A stretch of 59,771 nucleotides of DNA from Cyanobacteria bacterium P01_D01_bin.156 (GTDB lineage Bacteria > Cyanobacteriota > Cyanobacteriia > Phormidesmidales > Phormidesmidaceae): NCBI GenBank assembly GCA_039024555.1, contig JBCCQQ010000037.1:1-59771 (forward strand), written 5' to 3'. Each line of letters begins with the position of its first letter. Within the stretch, counting starts at the first letter, position 1. Both the position numbers and the translations under genes were made by a program. Positions 22,680-33,523 of the stretch are shown piece by piece. A model generated the notes under the pieces. It did not search any database and was not told the origin of the DNA. It saw nothing but the letters and a program-made list of their open reading frames with translations.

Positions 22680-23057
22680 ATGAAATTTGAGGACATTTAT
22701 CAGTTTTTTGAAGACCCACCGCCGCTGTATCTGAATAAGGAATTAGCAGTTTGCTACGTACTGTCGGTCCTGATCCGCCGCGATTCTTACGGTACAGAGC
22801 TAATCCATGCCATCGAAAATGAATATCCTGACTATCGCTTGTCAGATACGGTGCTCTACAGCGCTCTAAAGTTCCTGGAAAACCAGGGGGCTATCATGGG
22901 GTATTGGAAAAAAGTGGAAGGTCGAGGTCGGCCTCGACGCATGTATCGTCTCCGCCCAGATTGGCAAACTAAAGCACGGGAACTGGCGGAGCTTTGGCAG
23001 CGATATATCCTTGGCCAGCGCAACACGACCCCTAGACGTCGCGCGATGAGTTCATAG
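22680..23057 (+). CDS. pex: PadR-family regulator, circadian period extender Pex
   Basis: EDIYQFF..PPP.YL.KELAVCY, SYGTELI, RLSDTVLY.AL.FLE, GRGRPRRMY. Confidence 0.85.
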   Translation: MKFEDIYQFFEDPPPLYLNKELAVCYVLSVLIRRDSYGTELIHAIENEYPDYRLSDTVLYSALKFLENQGAIMGYWKKVEGRGRPRRMYRLRPDWQTKARELAELWQRYILGQRNTTPRRRAMSS

Positions 23058-23107
23058 TTGCTTACCCAGTTAAGCAAGCGCTCCACAAGCTCACTATTGG
23101 TTGATAA

Positions 23108-23167
23108 AACAACAACGACTGAGCAGCGGCTACGGTATAGTTCTATGTGGTCTTAGTCGTTGTTGTT
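23108..23167. repeat. 16-bp-arm inverted repeat (hairpin) between pex and the CCB1 gene
   Basis: AACAACAACGACTGAG ... CTTAGTCGTTGTTGTT. Confidence 0.6.
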
Positions 23168-23184
23168 AGCCAAGGATAGCTGTT

Positions 23185-23706
23185 GTGGAAAGTGCAGTTA
23201 GTCAGTCTACGTTTTTCCTAACCATACTGTTAGGAGTGGGCTTGTTCTTTTTTATTAAAGCGGCTACCAAAGATCGAACAGAAATTGCTGAATTCTCAAC
23301 CGGTCAAACATTAGAGGCTTTACGCCAAACTATGTTGGACTATTGGCAGAATCGTGCATATCGTCTAGTCAACGAAGAAGCGTCTTCTGATGATGAATGG
23401 GTAAAGCTAGCTGGTTTGGTTAGACCCAGTTTTTTTCTAGCAATTTTTCTTTCATTCCTAGCTGCCGTAGCGCTCATGTGTTTTGCACTCGTACTAGCTA
23501 CGCTGTTTAAAGCCTATGGCGTATTTTTCTTCGGCTTAGTAATGCTATCTCCCCTCACTGCCGTACTTTATTGGAAACAAGCTAAGCGAGAAGAACAAGT
23601 TGCCTTTCGTATTCAACAAGAAGAACAAGGGACTAAGCTAACTATACGGGCGCATCGGGACGAAATTATACAGCTAAAGAGCAATGCTCCTTTTAAAGCT
23701 TCATAG
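23185..23706 (+). CDS. Cofactor assembly of complex C subunit B (CCB1 / DUF3529)
   Basis: STFFLT.LL.VGLFFFIKA..KDRT, G.VRPS.FLA.FL, AHRDE. Confidence 0.85.
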   Translation: MESAVSQSTFFLTILLGVGLFFFIKAATKDRTEIAEFSTGQTLEALRQTMLDYWQNRAYRLVNEEASSDDEWVKLAGLVRPSFFLAIFLSFLAAVALMCFALVLATLFKAYGVFFFGLVMLSPLTAVLYWKQAKREEQVAFRIQQEEQGTKLTIRAHRDEIIQLKSNAPFKAS

Positions 23707-23808
23707 AAAGAACTCAAGCAACGACTTCCGGACTGGAATCTCATCACACCTTAACGTTGGACAACTGTCAAAATCTTTAGATACGTTGAGTAGATTTCTA
23801 TAGCTAAT

Positions 23809-23839
23809 AAAAAGGGAGGTCCAAATGTTGCACCTCCCT
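23809..23839 (-). terminator. Intrinsic terminator of the DUF3155 gene
   Basis: Minus strand AGGGAGGT-loop-ACCTCCCT followed by a T run, about 60 nt past the stop. Confidence 0.65.
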
Positions 23840-23901
23840 GGTAATCTTTTATAGGTTTTGTTTGAACGGGTTAAGTGCTAACCGCACTTAACCTTTCTTT
23901 G

Positions 23902-24210
23902 CTAGCCGAGAACTACTTCCTCTTCTTCTTCACCAATCAAGGCGCGAAGGCTTGGAAACAGAAAGTGGTTTTCTTCAACATATTGAGCACCGAACAGACC
24001 TTTTTCTGCCCAAAAGTACCGGTCGGTGGTATGCTCATTACGTTTAACCAGCAATACAGCAGGTGGTTGAATACCCTCGGAGTGGATAAAATTGCGAGCC
24101 GCGGTAACAGGCTTCGCTTCTCCACTTTCAATGCTGTACTGGGGAACTGACTCTAGGATACGACGCCCTTCTAGGCGGCGACGACTCTTGCGCTTACGTC
24201 TCCGTGCCAA
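23902..24210 (-). CDS. DUF3155-type conserved cyanobacterial protein
   Basis: ARRRKRKSRRR.EGRRILE, KPVTAAR, RNEHTTDRYFWAEKGLFGAQY; AGGAGG upstream of TTG start. Confidence 0.85.
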   Translation of the reverse strand: MARRRKRKSRRRLEGRRILESVPQYSIESGEAKPVTAARNFIHSEGIQPPAVLLVKRNEHTTDRYFWAEKGLFGAQYVEENHFLFPSLRALIGEEEEEVVLG

Positions 24211-24251
24211 GTTGCTTGACCTCCTTCGGATAAATTTAAATGACGGATTCG

Positions 24252-24267
24252 TGTATTGATAGTTACA
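24252..24267. promoter_or_regulatory. NtcA-binding site
   Basis: TGTA-TTGATAGT-TACA, an exact TGTA-N8-TACA, in the divergent region between the DUF3155 gene and the histidine kinase. Confidence 0.6.
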
Positions 24268-24503
24268 AAAACACTTAACCCAGCAAAGTATATCGGTTGT
24301 GCCTTAGATTTTCAACTTCTCTTAAAATTGTGCCGAATTCGCTAGAAGTGGTTTTACACTGCTGTTCTTGCAAAATGTCTACCATTAAAAGGGTCCGCAA
24401 GGTTTTGAATTAACTTTATAAAAGTTAAAATTTGGATAAATTTCTCCGGATTTGTAAAAGACTTGATCGCTGATTGCTTCATTGACCTACGCAAGGCAAC
24501 GCC

Positions 24504-25808
24504 ATGCCAGCTAGTACTGAATTAGTAGATATATGTCAGGCCCATTTGGATTTATTGCGTCGGACATTCGGCGAAGTGTCATCTGTCATTTATCTCACCC
24601 TTGGTATGGAACCCGGCGCTGAGCCTATGTTAGTGCCAGTAGCCCAGATCCCTGACGCCGGCGATTTAAGCGATATTCTAAACCCGATGGCTCAACAGGG
24701 TACTTTGCCTGCTTCAGGTAGAGTTATGGATGCTTTCTCATCTGGAGAGATTGTGGGAACTGGCTTAGGATTAGAACGCTTAGTCTTACCATTGATTCAT
24801 CAGGAAATCGTTTTGGGCGTTTTAGTAGTGCTACGTCCTGACCACCCTTGGCAACCTAGCGAGCATCAGTATTTGCAAACGATGTCAACGAGTTTGGCGA
24901 CCAGCTGTTTTCTGGAGCGGCAAAATCAGTGGTTGAAAAGTCGACTTCAGGCTAAGCAAGCACTGCAGGGGGAGCAATCGGATGTTTTCCATAATCTACT
25001 GCACCAATTTCGTAATCCGTTAACTGCTATTGGCACATTTGGTAAATTACTGCTGCGACGGCTTTCCCAGGATGACCCTAACTATCGTTTAGTCGATGGT
25101 ATTGTACGAGAAAGTCAACACCTGAAGGAATTGGTTGCTGACTTTGATTCGGCTGTTGATATTGGTGATGCCGACTTAGCGCAAACAGTGACACCACAGC
25201 TCTTGCCACAGATAGCTGAAGCTACTACTAAGCCACTTTTACCTGCCTTAGGCCGTTCTTTAGAAATATCTCCTCAATTTTTGGGAGACATTCTCTATCC
25301 GCTCATTACAGTTACGGTTGCTGCTGCTGAGGAACGTCACCGACAGTTTTGGCACTCTCCGATATCAGACTTTTCTGAGCATTTAGTTTTGGTTGATACT
25401 CAAGCTTTGCAGGAAGTCGCTGCAAATTTGCTTGATAATGCGTTCAAGTATGCGCCATCTGAGTCATGGATTTGGTTGGTGGGTGGATTGACCAAAGAAA
25501 ATTATTTAGGAATTGCCATAGGTGATAACGGTCCTGGCATTCCATCTGAGGATCAGGTTCATTTATTTGAACGACATTATCGAGGGATACAGGCCCAGAG
25601 CTCAATTGCTGGTACAGGGTTAGGGCTTGCGATTGCTAAGGACTTGATTACCCAAATGGGTGGCACAATTGAAGTGTTTAGCCCTGCTTATCCTACCGAT
25701 TGGTCCCATCCATCATCGCCTCCATGGCTACCTATTGACCTTAATCATGAGATTGCCAGTAGATGTGGGGGAACTGTCTTTGTAGTATGGGTGCCAACGA
25801 CTGAATAG
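24504..25808 (+). CDS. GAF-sensor histidine kinase
   Basis: LHQFRNPLTA H-box, NLLDNAFKY, DNGPGI, GTGLGL. Confidence 0.92.
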   Translation: MPASTELVDICQAHLDLLRRTFGEVSSVIYLTLGMEPGAEPMLVPVAQIPDAGDLSDILNPMAQQGTLPASGRVMDAFSSGEIVGTGLGLERLVLPLIHQEIVLGVLVVLRPDHPWQPSEHQYLQTMSTSLATSCFLERQNQWLKSRLQAKQALQGEQSDVFHNLLHQFRNPLTAIGTFGKLLLRRLSQDDPNYRLVDGIVRESQHLKELVADFDSAVDIGDADLAQTVTPQLLPQIAEATTKPLLPALGRSLEISPQFLGDILYPLITVTVAAAEERHRQFWHSPISDFSEHLVLVDTQALQEVAANLLDNAFKYAPSESWIWLVGGLTKENYLGIAIGDNGPGIPSEDQVHLFERHYRGIQAQSSIAGTGLGLAIAKDLITQMGGTIEVFSPAYPTDWSHPSSPPWLPIDLNHEIASRCGGTVFVVWVPTTE

Positions 25809-25838
25809 TGAATGGCTAAAACGATTACCTGGTCGCTC

Positions 25839-27320
25839 CTATTGACTGTTAGTCGAGGCAGTAGAACTGAGAGGTTTGATACCTGACGTACGTACTGATG
25901 TAACCCGTCGTAGGGCATCAAACCAAAAGCTGGAACCCATGGAAATAGCTACTCCGGTCACTAACCAACCAAAAACATACCGTGGTATTGGAAAACGCCA
26001 ATCGGCCTCTAGTACGGCCTGGGTTGCCCGTAGCCTTGGCGAGCGGCCTATGGGGAGAGCATAGTCTGATAGTGTGGACTGCACGGCATCGCCAAGGGAC
26101 TGAAGATTTTCACCGAGGGAATCATCGTCGATGGAAGCCTCTATGTCGCGCAGAGAAACTTGGTCCAGGGTTTGAATAACACTGGCCCGAACAGCTTCGT
26201 CAACGGTGAGGCGATTGGCGATATAAAACGTGTCTGCGTTAACGATGGCAGCGATCGCAAACCCAATTAAAATGCCGACAATCTTGGCATTTCGTTTGTA
26301 TACTCCAGAGGCACGATCCATGCCACGGTCGTACCAGCTTTCAACTTCCGATTGAAACTGCTTAAGCTGATTTTCTGTCTCATTCGTATGACGACTTACT
26401 CGTTCTGCCAGCATGCCAAGACTTTCTCGAAGCCGGAATGGCATCTGACCGTTAAGACTCTGACGTAAATAAGTAACTTCGTTTCTGCGAGAATCTCCTG
26501 CACTTGTCTCTAATGTGATGGCGAGCAGCTCTTGAACAGAGGGTTGAATTTGCCGTACTAGTCCAGCAGAAGCATTCATACCACCAGCTATTTGCGATCG
26601 CAAATAGCCCATTCTGCGCGTAAACGCTTGGGTAGCTCCATAGCTTTCGGGCAATACATTTGTACCTTGGTCTGTAAAGTGCTCAAGCTCTGCCAAGACA
26701 CGCTCGGCAACTTGGTTTAAGTCCGTACGTTTAGCTCGATAGTCTAAAATAAGTCCCTCAAGAGAAGATTCTAGATTACGTAACTCAATATCTAATAGGG
26801 CTCCATCCCCCAGAGATGCCCGGAGAGTATGCAATGTATCGCCTAAAGGCAACATAATCTGCTCGTGAAGCAGTCGCTTGAGCCGACCTTCCACCACCGA
26901 CTGTTGCAAACCTTCTAGCTCTAGGGTTTCTAACAACGTAGTAGCAAAGGCTTCGGATGGGATATAAGAAGGACCCGATGTCTGACCACCAAAAACATTA
27001 CGGGTGCGGGTTAACAATCGATAAATGCGACCAACCGAGTGAATAATTTGACGAGCTGAACGGGCAATTAGGCCCTGAGCTTCATAATTTAAGTCCCGCA
27101 ACATTGGACTTTTATAAAGCGTATCAGCTAAATTTCGAGCTGATTTCCATTCATCTACCTGACCGCCTGACAATAACTGTTCAATTGAATATTTAAGATG
27201 CTCAGCTCGCCATTGCAATAGGGTACTAATGATTTCCTGCACCTCACTGGCAATTAAACCAAGGGCCATATAAACAAATATCAGCCCGAGGGCAACATCT
27301 AAAACTACTGGCAACCCCAT
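25839..27320 (-). CDS. Conserved hypothetical membrane protein
   Basis: N-terminal TM (LDVALGL...EVQE), helical core, WYD..MDRASGVYKR, C-terminal GW..T..AISMGSSFWFD. Confidence 0.7.
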   Translation of the reverse strand: MGLPVVLDVALGLIFVYMALGLIASEVQEIISTLLQWRAEHLKYSIEQLLSGGQVDEWKSARNLADTLYKSPMLRDLNYEAQGLIARSARQIIHSVGRIYRLLTRTRNVFGGQTSGPSYIPSEAFATTLLETLELEGLQQSVVEGRLKRLLHEQIMLPLGDTLHTLRASLGDGALLDIELRNLESSLEGLILDYRAKRTDLNQVAERVLAELEHFTDQGTNVLPESYGATQAFTRRMGYLRSQIAGGMNASAGLVRQIQPSVQELLAITLETSAGDSRRNEVTYLRQSLNGQMPFRLRESLGMLAERVSRHTNETENQLKQFQSEVESWYDRGMDRASGVYKRNAKIVGILIGFAIAAIVNADTFYIANRLTVDEAVRASVIQTLDQVSLRDIEASIDDDSLGENLQSLGDAVQSTLSDYALPIGRSPRLRATQAVLEADWRFPIPRYVFGWLVTGVAISMGSSFWFDALRRVTSVRTSGIKPLSSTASTNSQ

Positions 27321-27475
27321 AATTTTTCTAAATTAAAACTAAGAATTCAGTCGATAAATGATGTCATGATATGAGTCCACTACCCATACCATGTTGAATT
27401 CAGCACATAAACTAACTTAGACCAAGGAATCCATCTCAACGTTGCAAATAAGGTACTTACAAACAGCAGCAAAGC

Positions 27476-27874
27476 TTACTCATCATCAGTATCTTCCTCA
27501 TCAACATTGAGCTGTTTGAGGCGAATATGTTTACGACCTAGAGAAATTTCAAACTCGTCTCCAGGCTTCAAACCCATTTGTTTTGTATAGGCAGCGCCGA
27601 TTAGTAAATTACCGTTGGACTGCACAGTAATTCGATAACTTGCACTACGTCCACCACGGCCATTACCTGTTTGAACACTATCCAATTGAATACCTTCGGC
27701 ATCAATTAGCGCATTCATAAACTTCATCATGTTGACACGGACAACATCATTTTTAGTCACTGTATAGTAACCACAGGCCTTTGCCTTTTCCTCCCTAGAG
27801 AGATGTTCTAAGTCCTTAACTTTCTTGAGCAGTGTCTTACCTGTCAATGGATTTGAATTTGATGGTTTAGCCAT
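27476..27874 (-). CDS. Cyanobacterial AbrB-like transcriptional regulator (cyAbrB)
   Basis: LTG..LL.KVK, AKACGY, RGGRSASYRITVQSNGNLLIGAAYT, GDEFEI.LGRKHI. Confidence 0.93.
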   Translation of the reverse strand: MAKPSNSNPLTGKTLLKKVKDLEHLSREEKAKACGYYTVTKNDVVRVNMMKFMNALIDAEGIQLDSVQTGNGRGGRSASYRITVQSNGNLLIGAAYTKQMGLKPGDEFEISLGRKHIRLKQLNVDEEDTDDE

Positions 27875-28343
27875 TCACCCACATCTCTAACATGAACACG
27901 TTTGCAGTTTTCTACCACTGCTACAAGGATCAATTTGCCGCCTATAACTGCTTGAGTTATCCATACATGCATAAATTCTCACAGAAAAAATGAATCTACT
28001 TTGGGACACAGTTTATCTCTGCAACTAATACATGAAAGACACCAACGTTTAGTCAGGTCAGATATCAATCCATAATTTATAGATGGCTGGGAAGGATAGA
28101 TGGAAATTTTCCAGTTACCGTACTTCAAAATCCTATGAAGCGTATTCCCTACAACTATTAATTAAGCATTAGCTATCTATCGTCCGATAGATAACGAGCA
28201 GAATCATACATGATTCAAATGCATTTGTGCACGCCGTTTGAATTTATTTTTTGATAATTGTATTAAGAGTTGATTCCCTGCGTAATTTGCCCAGAGCTGC
28301 ACTATTCTAGACACTTCTTATGTTAATTTTTCCTCAATTCTCT

Positions 28344-28434
28344 TTGGCCAATCTTATTAACGGTATCTCTTAGAACACTCACTTCCTAATTGGCCAATCT
28401 TATTAACGGTATCTCTAGAACACTCACTTCCTAA
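28344..28434 (+). repeat. Tandem direct duplication (46 + 45 bp)
   Basis: TTGGCCAATCTTATTAACGGTATCTCT(T)AGAACACTCACTTCCTAA twice, differing by one T. Confidence 0.95.
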
Positions 28435-28466
28435 AAGGAAAACTTGGGTGAGGATCCACTCCAACG

Positions 28467-28898
28467 ATGAAACTTACAACTCGTGGACATTACAGTGTAA
28501 AAGCGATGCTCGATTTGAGTTTGCAACCCCGTTTGACATCAGTTAAATTGATTGCCCAACGGCAAAATCTACCGGCACCTTATCTCGAAAAATTACTTAT
28601 CCAATTACGTCGTGCTGGGTTAGTCGAATCAGTACGGGGGTCGCGAGGCGGGTATCGTCTTGCTAAAGCGCCTGGACAAATTTATCTGGGACAAATTCTA
28701 GATGCCGTGGGAGAACCCATTACCCCGCTGGAGCTTACTAACTTAGATAAAGCAGAAGATTGGGTAACATTAACCCTGTGGAGACGTCTACAGGAAAAAT
28801 TACGAGAAGTGCTCTATAAAATCTCCCTTGAAGAACTTTATTTTGATGCTCGTAGTTGGCAAGCGGCCCAAGGCGAAAACACAAACTTCATGGTTTAG
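28467..28898 (+). CDS. Rrf2-family transcriptional regulator without Fe-S cysteines
   Basis: MKLTTRGHYSVKAMLDL, YLEKLL..LRRAGLV.S.RG..GGY.LA; no Cys in the protein. Confidence 0.9.
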   Translation: MKLTTRGHYSVKAMLDLSLQPRLTSVKLIAQRQNLPAPYLEKLLIQLRRAGLVESVRGSRGGYRLAKAPGQIYLGQILDAVGEPITPLELTNLDKAEDWVTLTLWRRLQEKLREVLYKISLEELYFDARSWQAAQGENTNFMV

Positions 28899-28970
28899 AA
28901 CCGCTGAAGGGAACCCCTTCGGTATGGTTAAACTGAGTTCTGATGAACTCTTTTATAGGTTTCCACGACT

Positions 28971-29510
28971 ATGGCCGAACAGGTAGTTGAAATTCTTTCT
29001 GCGGAGGCGATTCGCCGCACTTTAAACCGGTTGGCCTCGGAAATTATTGAACGCACTCACCCTTTAGACGATCTAATTTTGGTGGGTATTCATACCCGTG
29101 GGATTCCCCTAGCCCAGGCCATCGCCAAACAAATGGAACGTCTGGAAAATATTCAAATTCCTGTGGGGGAGCTGGATATTACCTTTTATCGAGATGACCT
29201 GGATAAAATTGGCACCCGTACACCAGCACAAAGCAAAATGCCCTGCGATTTAACCGGTAAAAAGGTTGTGCTCGTAGATGATGTGATTTTTAGCGGTCGG
29301 ACCATTCGAGCAGCCCTGAATGCAGTCACTGATTATGGCCGTCCTAATTTAATTCGTTTGGCTGTTCTGATTGATCGGGGACATCGTCAACTACCGATTC
29401 ATCCTGATTTTATTGGCAAATCGCTCCCCACTGCTCGTGAAGAAGCCGTCAATGTGCAGCTACTGCCCATTGACGCTATGGATACTGTGGAATTATTCAA
29501 GCCGGTTTAG
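28971..29510 (+). CDS. pyrR: Bifunctional pyr regulator / uracil phosphoribosyltransferase
   Basis: [41 protein letters not shown]. Confidence 0.95.
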   Translation: MAEQVVEILSAEAIRRTLNRLASEIIERTHPLDDLILVGIHTRGIPLAQAIAKQMERLENIQIPVGELDITFYRDDLDKIGTRTPAQSKMPCDLTGKKVVLVDDVIFSGRTIRAALNAVTDYGRPNLIRLAVLIDRGHRQLPIHPDFIGKSLPTAREEAVNVQLLPIDAMDTVELFKPV

Positions 29511-30799
29511 GTGCGATTGTCTGTTAACCAAGCGCTCGGTATCCACTCTGGGGGGTACAGCCCAAGCCAAGCCAAATTTTGGGTGTAGTACGCTGAGTTA
29601 CCATCCCAGAAGTCGCTGGGGTTTGCCAAGGCCAATGTGTTTTCTCGGATCGTTTCGGCTAGGTCAGGATTTAGATGTCGGGCAGCTTGATACACCATGG
29701 CGTATTGTGATGTGGCACCGTAATCAACCAAGGCATCTCCAAACAAATCAATCTGCGCAGGCAGCTGTTCTGACTGCTGCCACTTTTCTAGGAGAGCTGC
29801 TAAGTGATCGTTAAGGTAATGTCCAGCGGGTGCTGAATCAAACCAAATTAAGTCAAGGGCCACTCGCCACCAAACGCGGTAAGCGTCAAATCCATATAAG
29901 CTCTTGATAGGAGCCGTCACTGGCAAGGGACGATAGTGGGGAGTTTCGCTGTGCAGTAAAACCCAATCACTGGGTAAGCCAATATCTGATATTTGAGCGC
30001 TTGCTTCCAACATGCGATAGCCAGTTTGCACCAGCTCTAACCAATCCCGTTGATTATCAATTTGATCAAACAAGCGAAATGCATAAGGGGCAATATAGGA
30101 CGGGTTGAGATACCAGGTTTCAGGAGAGGGATGAAAGGCATCTAGCGGTCCTGGCAACAAATAACGTCCCGATAATTCGTCACTCAGGATAATATCTGCT
30201 GTGGAAAATTCCCAAATGTCATTGAGCTTGATTTTAGCCAAGTTTAAATAGTCTGGCTTTTGCCAACGACGGGCAGCCATAATCAGGGCAGTTGCTGCAT
30301 CGATATCAGCATCAGTTGCAAAATTTTCGTCGAGGATGCCCCATTGTTTGGCCTCTTCTGGAGAACCATCGGGCCCCCACTTCCAGGCCCAGAGATGATC
30401 TAGTAGCTCACCATCCCCCCCACGACGAGCAAGGTTTTCTTCTCCCCAGTTCAGGACCTGATCAAATGTCTCAGGGTCGTCAATAATAATGGCCCTGAGC
30501 ATGGCATAGGCTTGGCCTTCGGAAGTGGTGCGCTGATCATCGTTTTCCCAGTCAATGACGCGACCATCGGCTTGGATAAAGCGATCGCGATAGTTCTCCC
30601 AGGTTTCTCTAAAGAAAGAACGGCTCAGGGGAAAGGGACCGCGGGCAATTTGAACAGTAGGAGGCAGTTCAGTGGGGAGTTCATACACGGCTTGGGAGCG
30701 GACCGGTGCTAAACAGCTGGCAACAGCCATATTTAGGATGACCCCCAACAGCGCTAGACAGCTCCAACGCCGTATCCATCTAACCACTGCTCTTGACAT
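29507..30799 (-). CDS. bcsZ: GH8 endoglucanase (BcsZ-like)
   Basis: [46 protein letters not shown]; likely ATG start at 30799 with signal-like segment. Confidence 0.85.
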   Translation of the reverse strand: MSRAVVRWIRRWSCLALLGVILNMAVASCLAPVRSQAVYELPTELPPTVQIARGPFPLSRSFFRETWENYRDRFIQADGRVIDWENDDQRTTSEGQAYAMLRAIIIDDPETFDQVLNWGEENLARRGGDGELLDHLWAWKWGPDGSPEEAKQWGILDENFATDADIDAATALIMAARRWQKPDYLNLAKIKLNDIWEFSTADIILSDELSGRYLLPGPLDAFHPSPETWYLNPSYIAPYAFRLFDQIDNQRDWLELVQTGYRMLEASAQISDIGLPSDWVLLHSETPHYRPLPVTAPIKSLYGFDAYRVWWRVALDLIWFDSAPAGHYLNDHLAALLEKWQQSEQLPAQIDLFGDALVDYGATSQYAMVYQAARHLNPDLAETIRENTLALANPSDFWDGNSAYYTQNLAWLGLYPPEWIPSAWLTDNRT

Positions 30800-31095
30800 A
30801 GCCCTATCCTTATCGTCGGTCTGTAATAACCCATATCCACAGTAAGATTCGCGAGCCTCAAACACCAATCAGGCGGATATGGAAAAGAATCTCAAGATAG
30901 TTTGGCGCACCTAGTGCACACCATCGGTGCTGCTTGAAAGCCATAACTGGCAACAGCTGCGCGCGACAAACTGCCGTTCAGCAGTTTGCTATATATGCCC
31001 TATCCTGGCATGGCTTGTCAGGAATGGGGGAGAAACAGGCTAATGCAGATGAGTGTCACACTAGCGCTAAAAACGATTGAGCATGAGTCTTTTCA

Positions 31096-31145
31096 TAGAT
31101 AAAGTGTTTGTTGTGGCCTGTCGATCCAAACAAACACTTTATCTA
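31096..31145. repeat. 17-bp perfect inverted repeat after the TPR gene (hairpin, possible terminator or processing site)
   Basis: TAGATAAAGTGTTTGTT ... AACAAACACTTTATCTA. Confidence 0.65.
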
Positions 31146-31193
31146 AATCAAGTTGTTTGTAAATGTTTCACCCCCTGCGATCGCACTATTGGG

Positions 31194-33455
31194 CTAATAA
31201 CGCTCCCAAACAGGCTGAAACCCTCGATGCAGCAATAGGCCTTCTCTAATCAGCTGGGCCTGTCGTTTCAAAGCAATGCTAGATGGCACCTGACTTTGCA
31301 ACGCATTAATTTCCTCTAGAGCCCGTATCGGTTTATCCTGGGCCACGGTCAAACTAATGGATGTTTGCTTCAAGTTGATGTCATCCGGTGCCATGTCAAT
31401 GGCCTGATCATAGAGGCGACGGGCCTCCTGATACCGCAGCTGTTGGAATCGCACACCCGCCAGACCTACAATCGCCTCAAACTGCTCAGGATTGCGCTCT
31501 AGCAGCGTTTCATAGGCTCTGGAAGCAGTGGAGAGTTTACCCGTATCTTGGGCGATTTGACCTTGCAGTAGATAAACTTCAGGGGCTTCAGGGTTGTCAG
31601 CCACTAGTGCCGCCGCCGCTTCATTCGCGGCATCGGGGTCCGTCATCGCCAACACCTGAATTTGACGCTGACGAATGAGCAATGAACTGGGATTAGCCGT
31701 TAGCAAAGACGCATAGAGTGGGCTCCGCTCAGGATCAGCAGGCAAAGCACCCACAAGGCTATACAGTTCAGGGGGTTGCTCATTAGCAGGGTGAGTGGCT
31801 AACCACTGTTCAAGGACGGATTCTGCTGTTTCAACAGAAATGAATTTACCCTGGTAAGCCAAGCTGGTTTGGCCCAAGATCTTGGCATCGTTACCGGGAT
31901 TGAGGGCAATAATTTCTTCATATAGCGCTAAAGCATCAGCGTAGCGCCCCTGTCCTTGGTAAATGCCCGCCAGGCCCTGAAGAGCACCGGTCACGACTTG
32001 TTTATTACTGGTGGGACTATCGATCAGTTGCTGATAAATGGCAATGCTCGTGTCAATATCATCCTGACGGCGAGCTTGTTCAGCCTGGAATAACAGGACC
32101 GCTGGATCATCACCCGCATAAAGTCGCAGCTGTTCTTGAGCCAGCTCCAACTTGTTCTGTTGTAGGTAAATTTGTCCCAAACGGTAGTGCAGAAAGGGCT
32201 CTGCTGACGTAGCCGCCAAGACTGCCTGATAAAACGGCACTAGCTCCGCATCGGGAGGATCGAGCTTAGCCAAGCTACGGGCGATGTACTGTAGCTGTGT
32301 GGGATTTTCAGGCAGCATGACGGACAATAGCCGCTGGCGCAGTTCCTGGGCAGAGATTTGGGCTAACTGGCGTTCCCAAATGCTGGTTTCCACATAGAGG
32401 CTAATGTCATCGGGATATTGGGCCGCTAGCTGCCGGTAAGTGGCCAATGTAGTCGGACGACTGCTGGGATAGTCACTGAGGGCATCGGCAGCTTCCCGCG
32501 CCACACCCACCGTGAGACCTGGGTTGGTAAGCACTTGCTCATAGGTCATCACCGCGCGTGACTGTACCTCCGGTGCATCGGTATAGAGACTCATCCCCCG
32601 CAATGCCCGCGCGACTAGTAAGGGCTGGTCTTCGATGGCATCTAGCAGCGCTAAGCCTTGTTCGTAGCGACGATTGGCCGCATAGGCGGTGGCTAGCTCT
32701 GCTTTGACTTGAGCTTGCTCAGTGGGGTCACCATCCGTATCTAGATAGGGCTGCAAAATATTGATAGCGTCTCCGGGTCTGTCCTGCTGTCGTAGGGCAA
32801 AGCTGTATGCCTGGGCCTCATAGATTTCCAGCGTTTGTCCAGTGCTAAGGTAGCTTTCAAACAGTTCCACAGATTGGGCAGAGCGACCACCATAGGCGTA
32901 TACCTGGGCGGCACCAATTTGTGTAGCCGGGCTGGCAGGTTGCTCCAGGGCAATGTCGTAATCCGCCACCGCTTCGATAAGGCGGCCTTCGTAAAACAGC
33001 AATAAGGCTCGCTGCGCTCGCGCCTCTGCATTGCGGCTATAGCCCGGCTGCTCTAACAGTGTGGTTAACGCATCAATACCCACGGCCCGCCATTCAGGGC
33101 GATAGCCACCGAGCACACCCAAGTTTTCTAGGGCTTCTGTATTCGTGGGGTCCAGAGCAGTCAGTCCACGAAATGCCTCAAAGGCATTGGCATCTTGTCC
33201 CAACTTTAGGTAAGAGCGGGCCAGACCAAGCTGAGCGGGAACAGACGTGGGATAACGCTGGACTGCTTGCAAAAATTTATCCAGGGCTGGATCAATCCAA
33301 CCTTTTTCAAATAAGTCGTAGCCCTCTTGCACCAGTGTAGGTTCGCCTTCTAGATTAGGCACCTGGGCCAGCGCGGATTGCGCCAGCATGAGAGGGGTTG
33401 CAGCCATTAAATTAAGGCTGAGGCAGAGACCTAGCGTGCGGTGATACCAGTTCAT
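31194..33455 (-). CDS. Exported TPR protein (like the BcsC TPR scaffold)
   Basis: Signal peptide ending in ALA-Q, many TPR-like helical pairs, C-terminal RGFQPVWERY; lies between porin and GH8. Confidence 0.8.
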   Translation of the reverse strand: MNWYHRTLGLCLSLNLMAATPLMLAQSALAQVPNLEGEPTLVQEGYDLFEKGWIDPALDKFLQAVQRYPTSVPAQLGLARSYLKLGQDANAFEAFRGLTALDPTNTEALENLGVLGGYRPEWRAVGIDALTTLLEQPGYSRNAEARAQRALLLFYEGRLIEAVADYDIALEQPASPATQIGAAQVYAYGGRSAQSVELFESYLSTGQTLEIYEAQAYSFALRQQDRPGDAINILQPYLDTDGDPTEQAQVKAELATAYAANRRYEQGLALLDAIEDQPLLVARALRGMSLYTDAPEVQSRAVMTYEQVLTNPGLTVGVAREAADALSDYPSSRPTTLATYRQLAAQYPDDISLYVETSIWERQLAQISAQELRQRLLSVMLPENPTQLQYIARSLAKLDPPDAELVPFYQAVLAATSAEPFLHYRLGQIYLQQNKLELAQEQLRLYAGDDPAVLLFQAEQARRQDDIDTSIAIYQQLIDSPTSNKQVVTGALQGLAGIYQGQGRYADALALYEEIIALNPGNDAKILGQTSLAYQGKFISVETAESVLEQWLATHPANEQPPELYSLVGALPADPERSPLYASLLTANPSSLLIRQRQIQVLAMTDPDAANEAAAALVADNPEAPEVYLLQGQIAQDTGKLSTASRAYETLLERNPEQFEAIVGLAGVRFQQLRYQEARRLYDQAIDMAPDDINLKQTSISLTVAQDKPIRALEEINALQSQVPSSIALKRQAQLIREGLLLHRGFQPVWERY

Positions 33456-33523
33456 AGAAAAAAGTGAATAGGGTTGAGCGGGCGATGCCCAGCGAACATA
33501 AAGAGTAAAAATTTTTGAACAGA

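Noticed and set aside
28344..28434. Possible mini CRISPR array
   Set aside because: The two repeats are directly adjacent with no spacer and there are no cas genes; it is a simple tandem duplication. No CRISPR array was seen anywhere in the window.
28899..28970. PyrR attenuator upstream of pyrR
   Set aside because: Two small hairpins exist, but no PyrR-binding loop consensus (AGUCC.GUGAGGCU-like) is visible.
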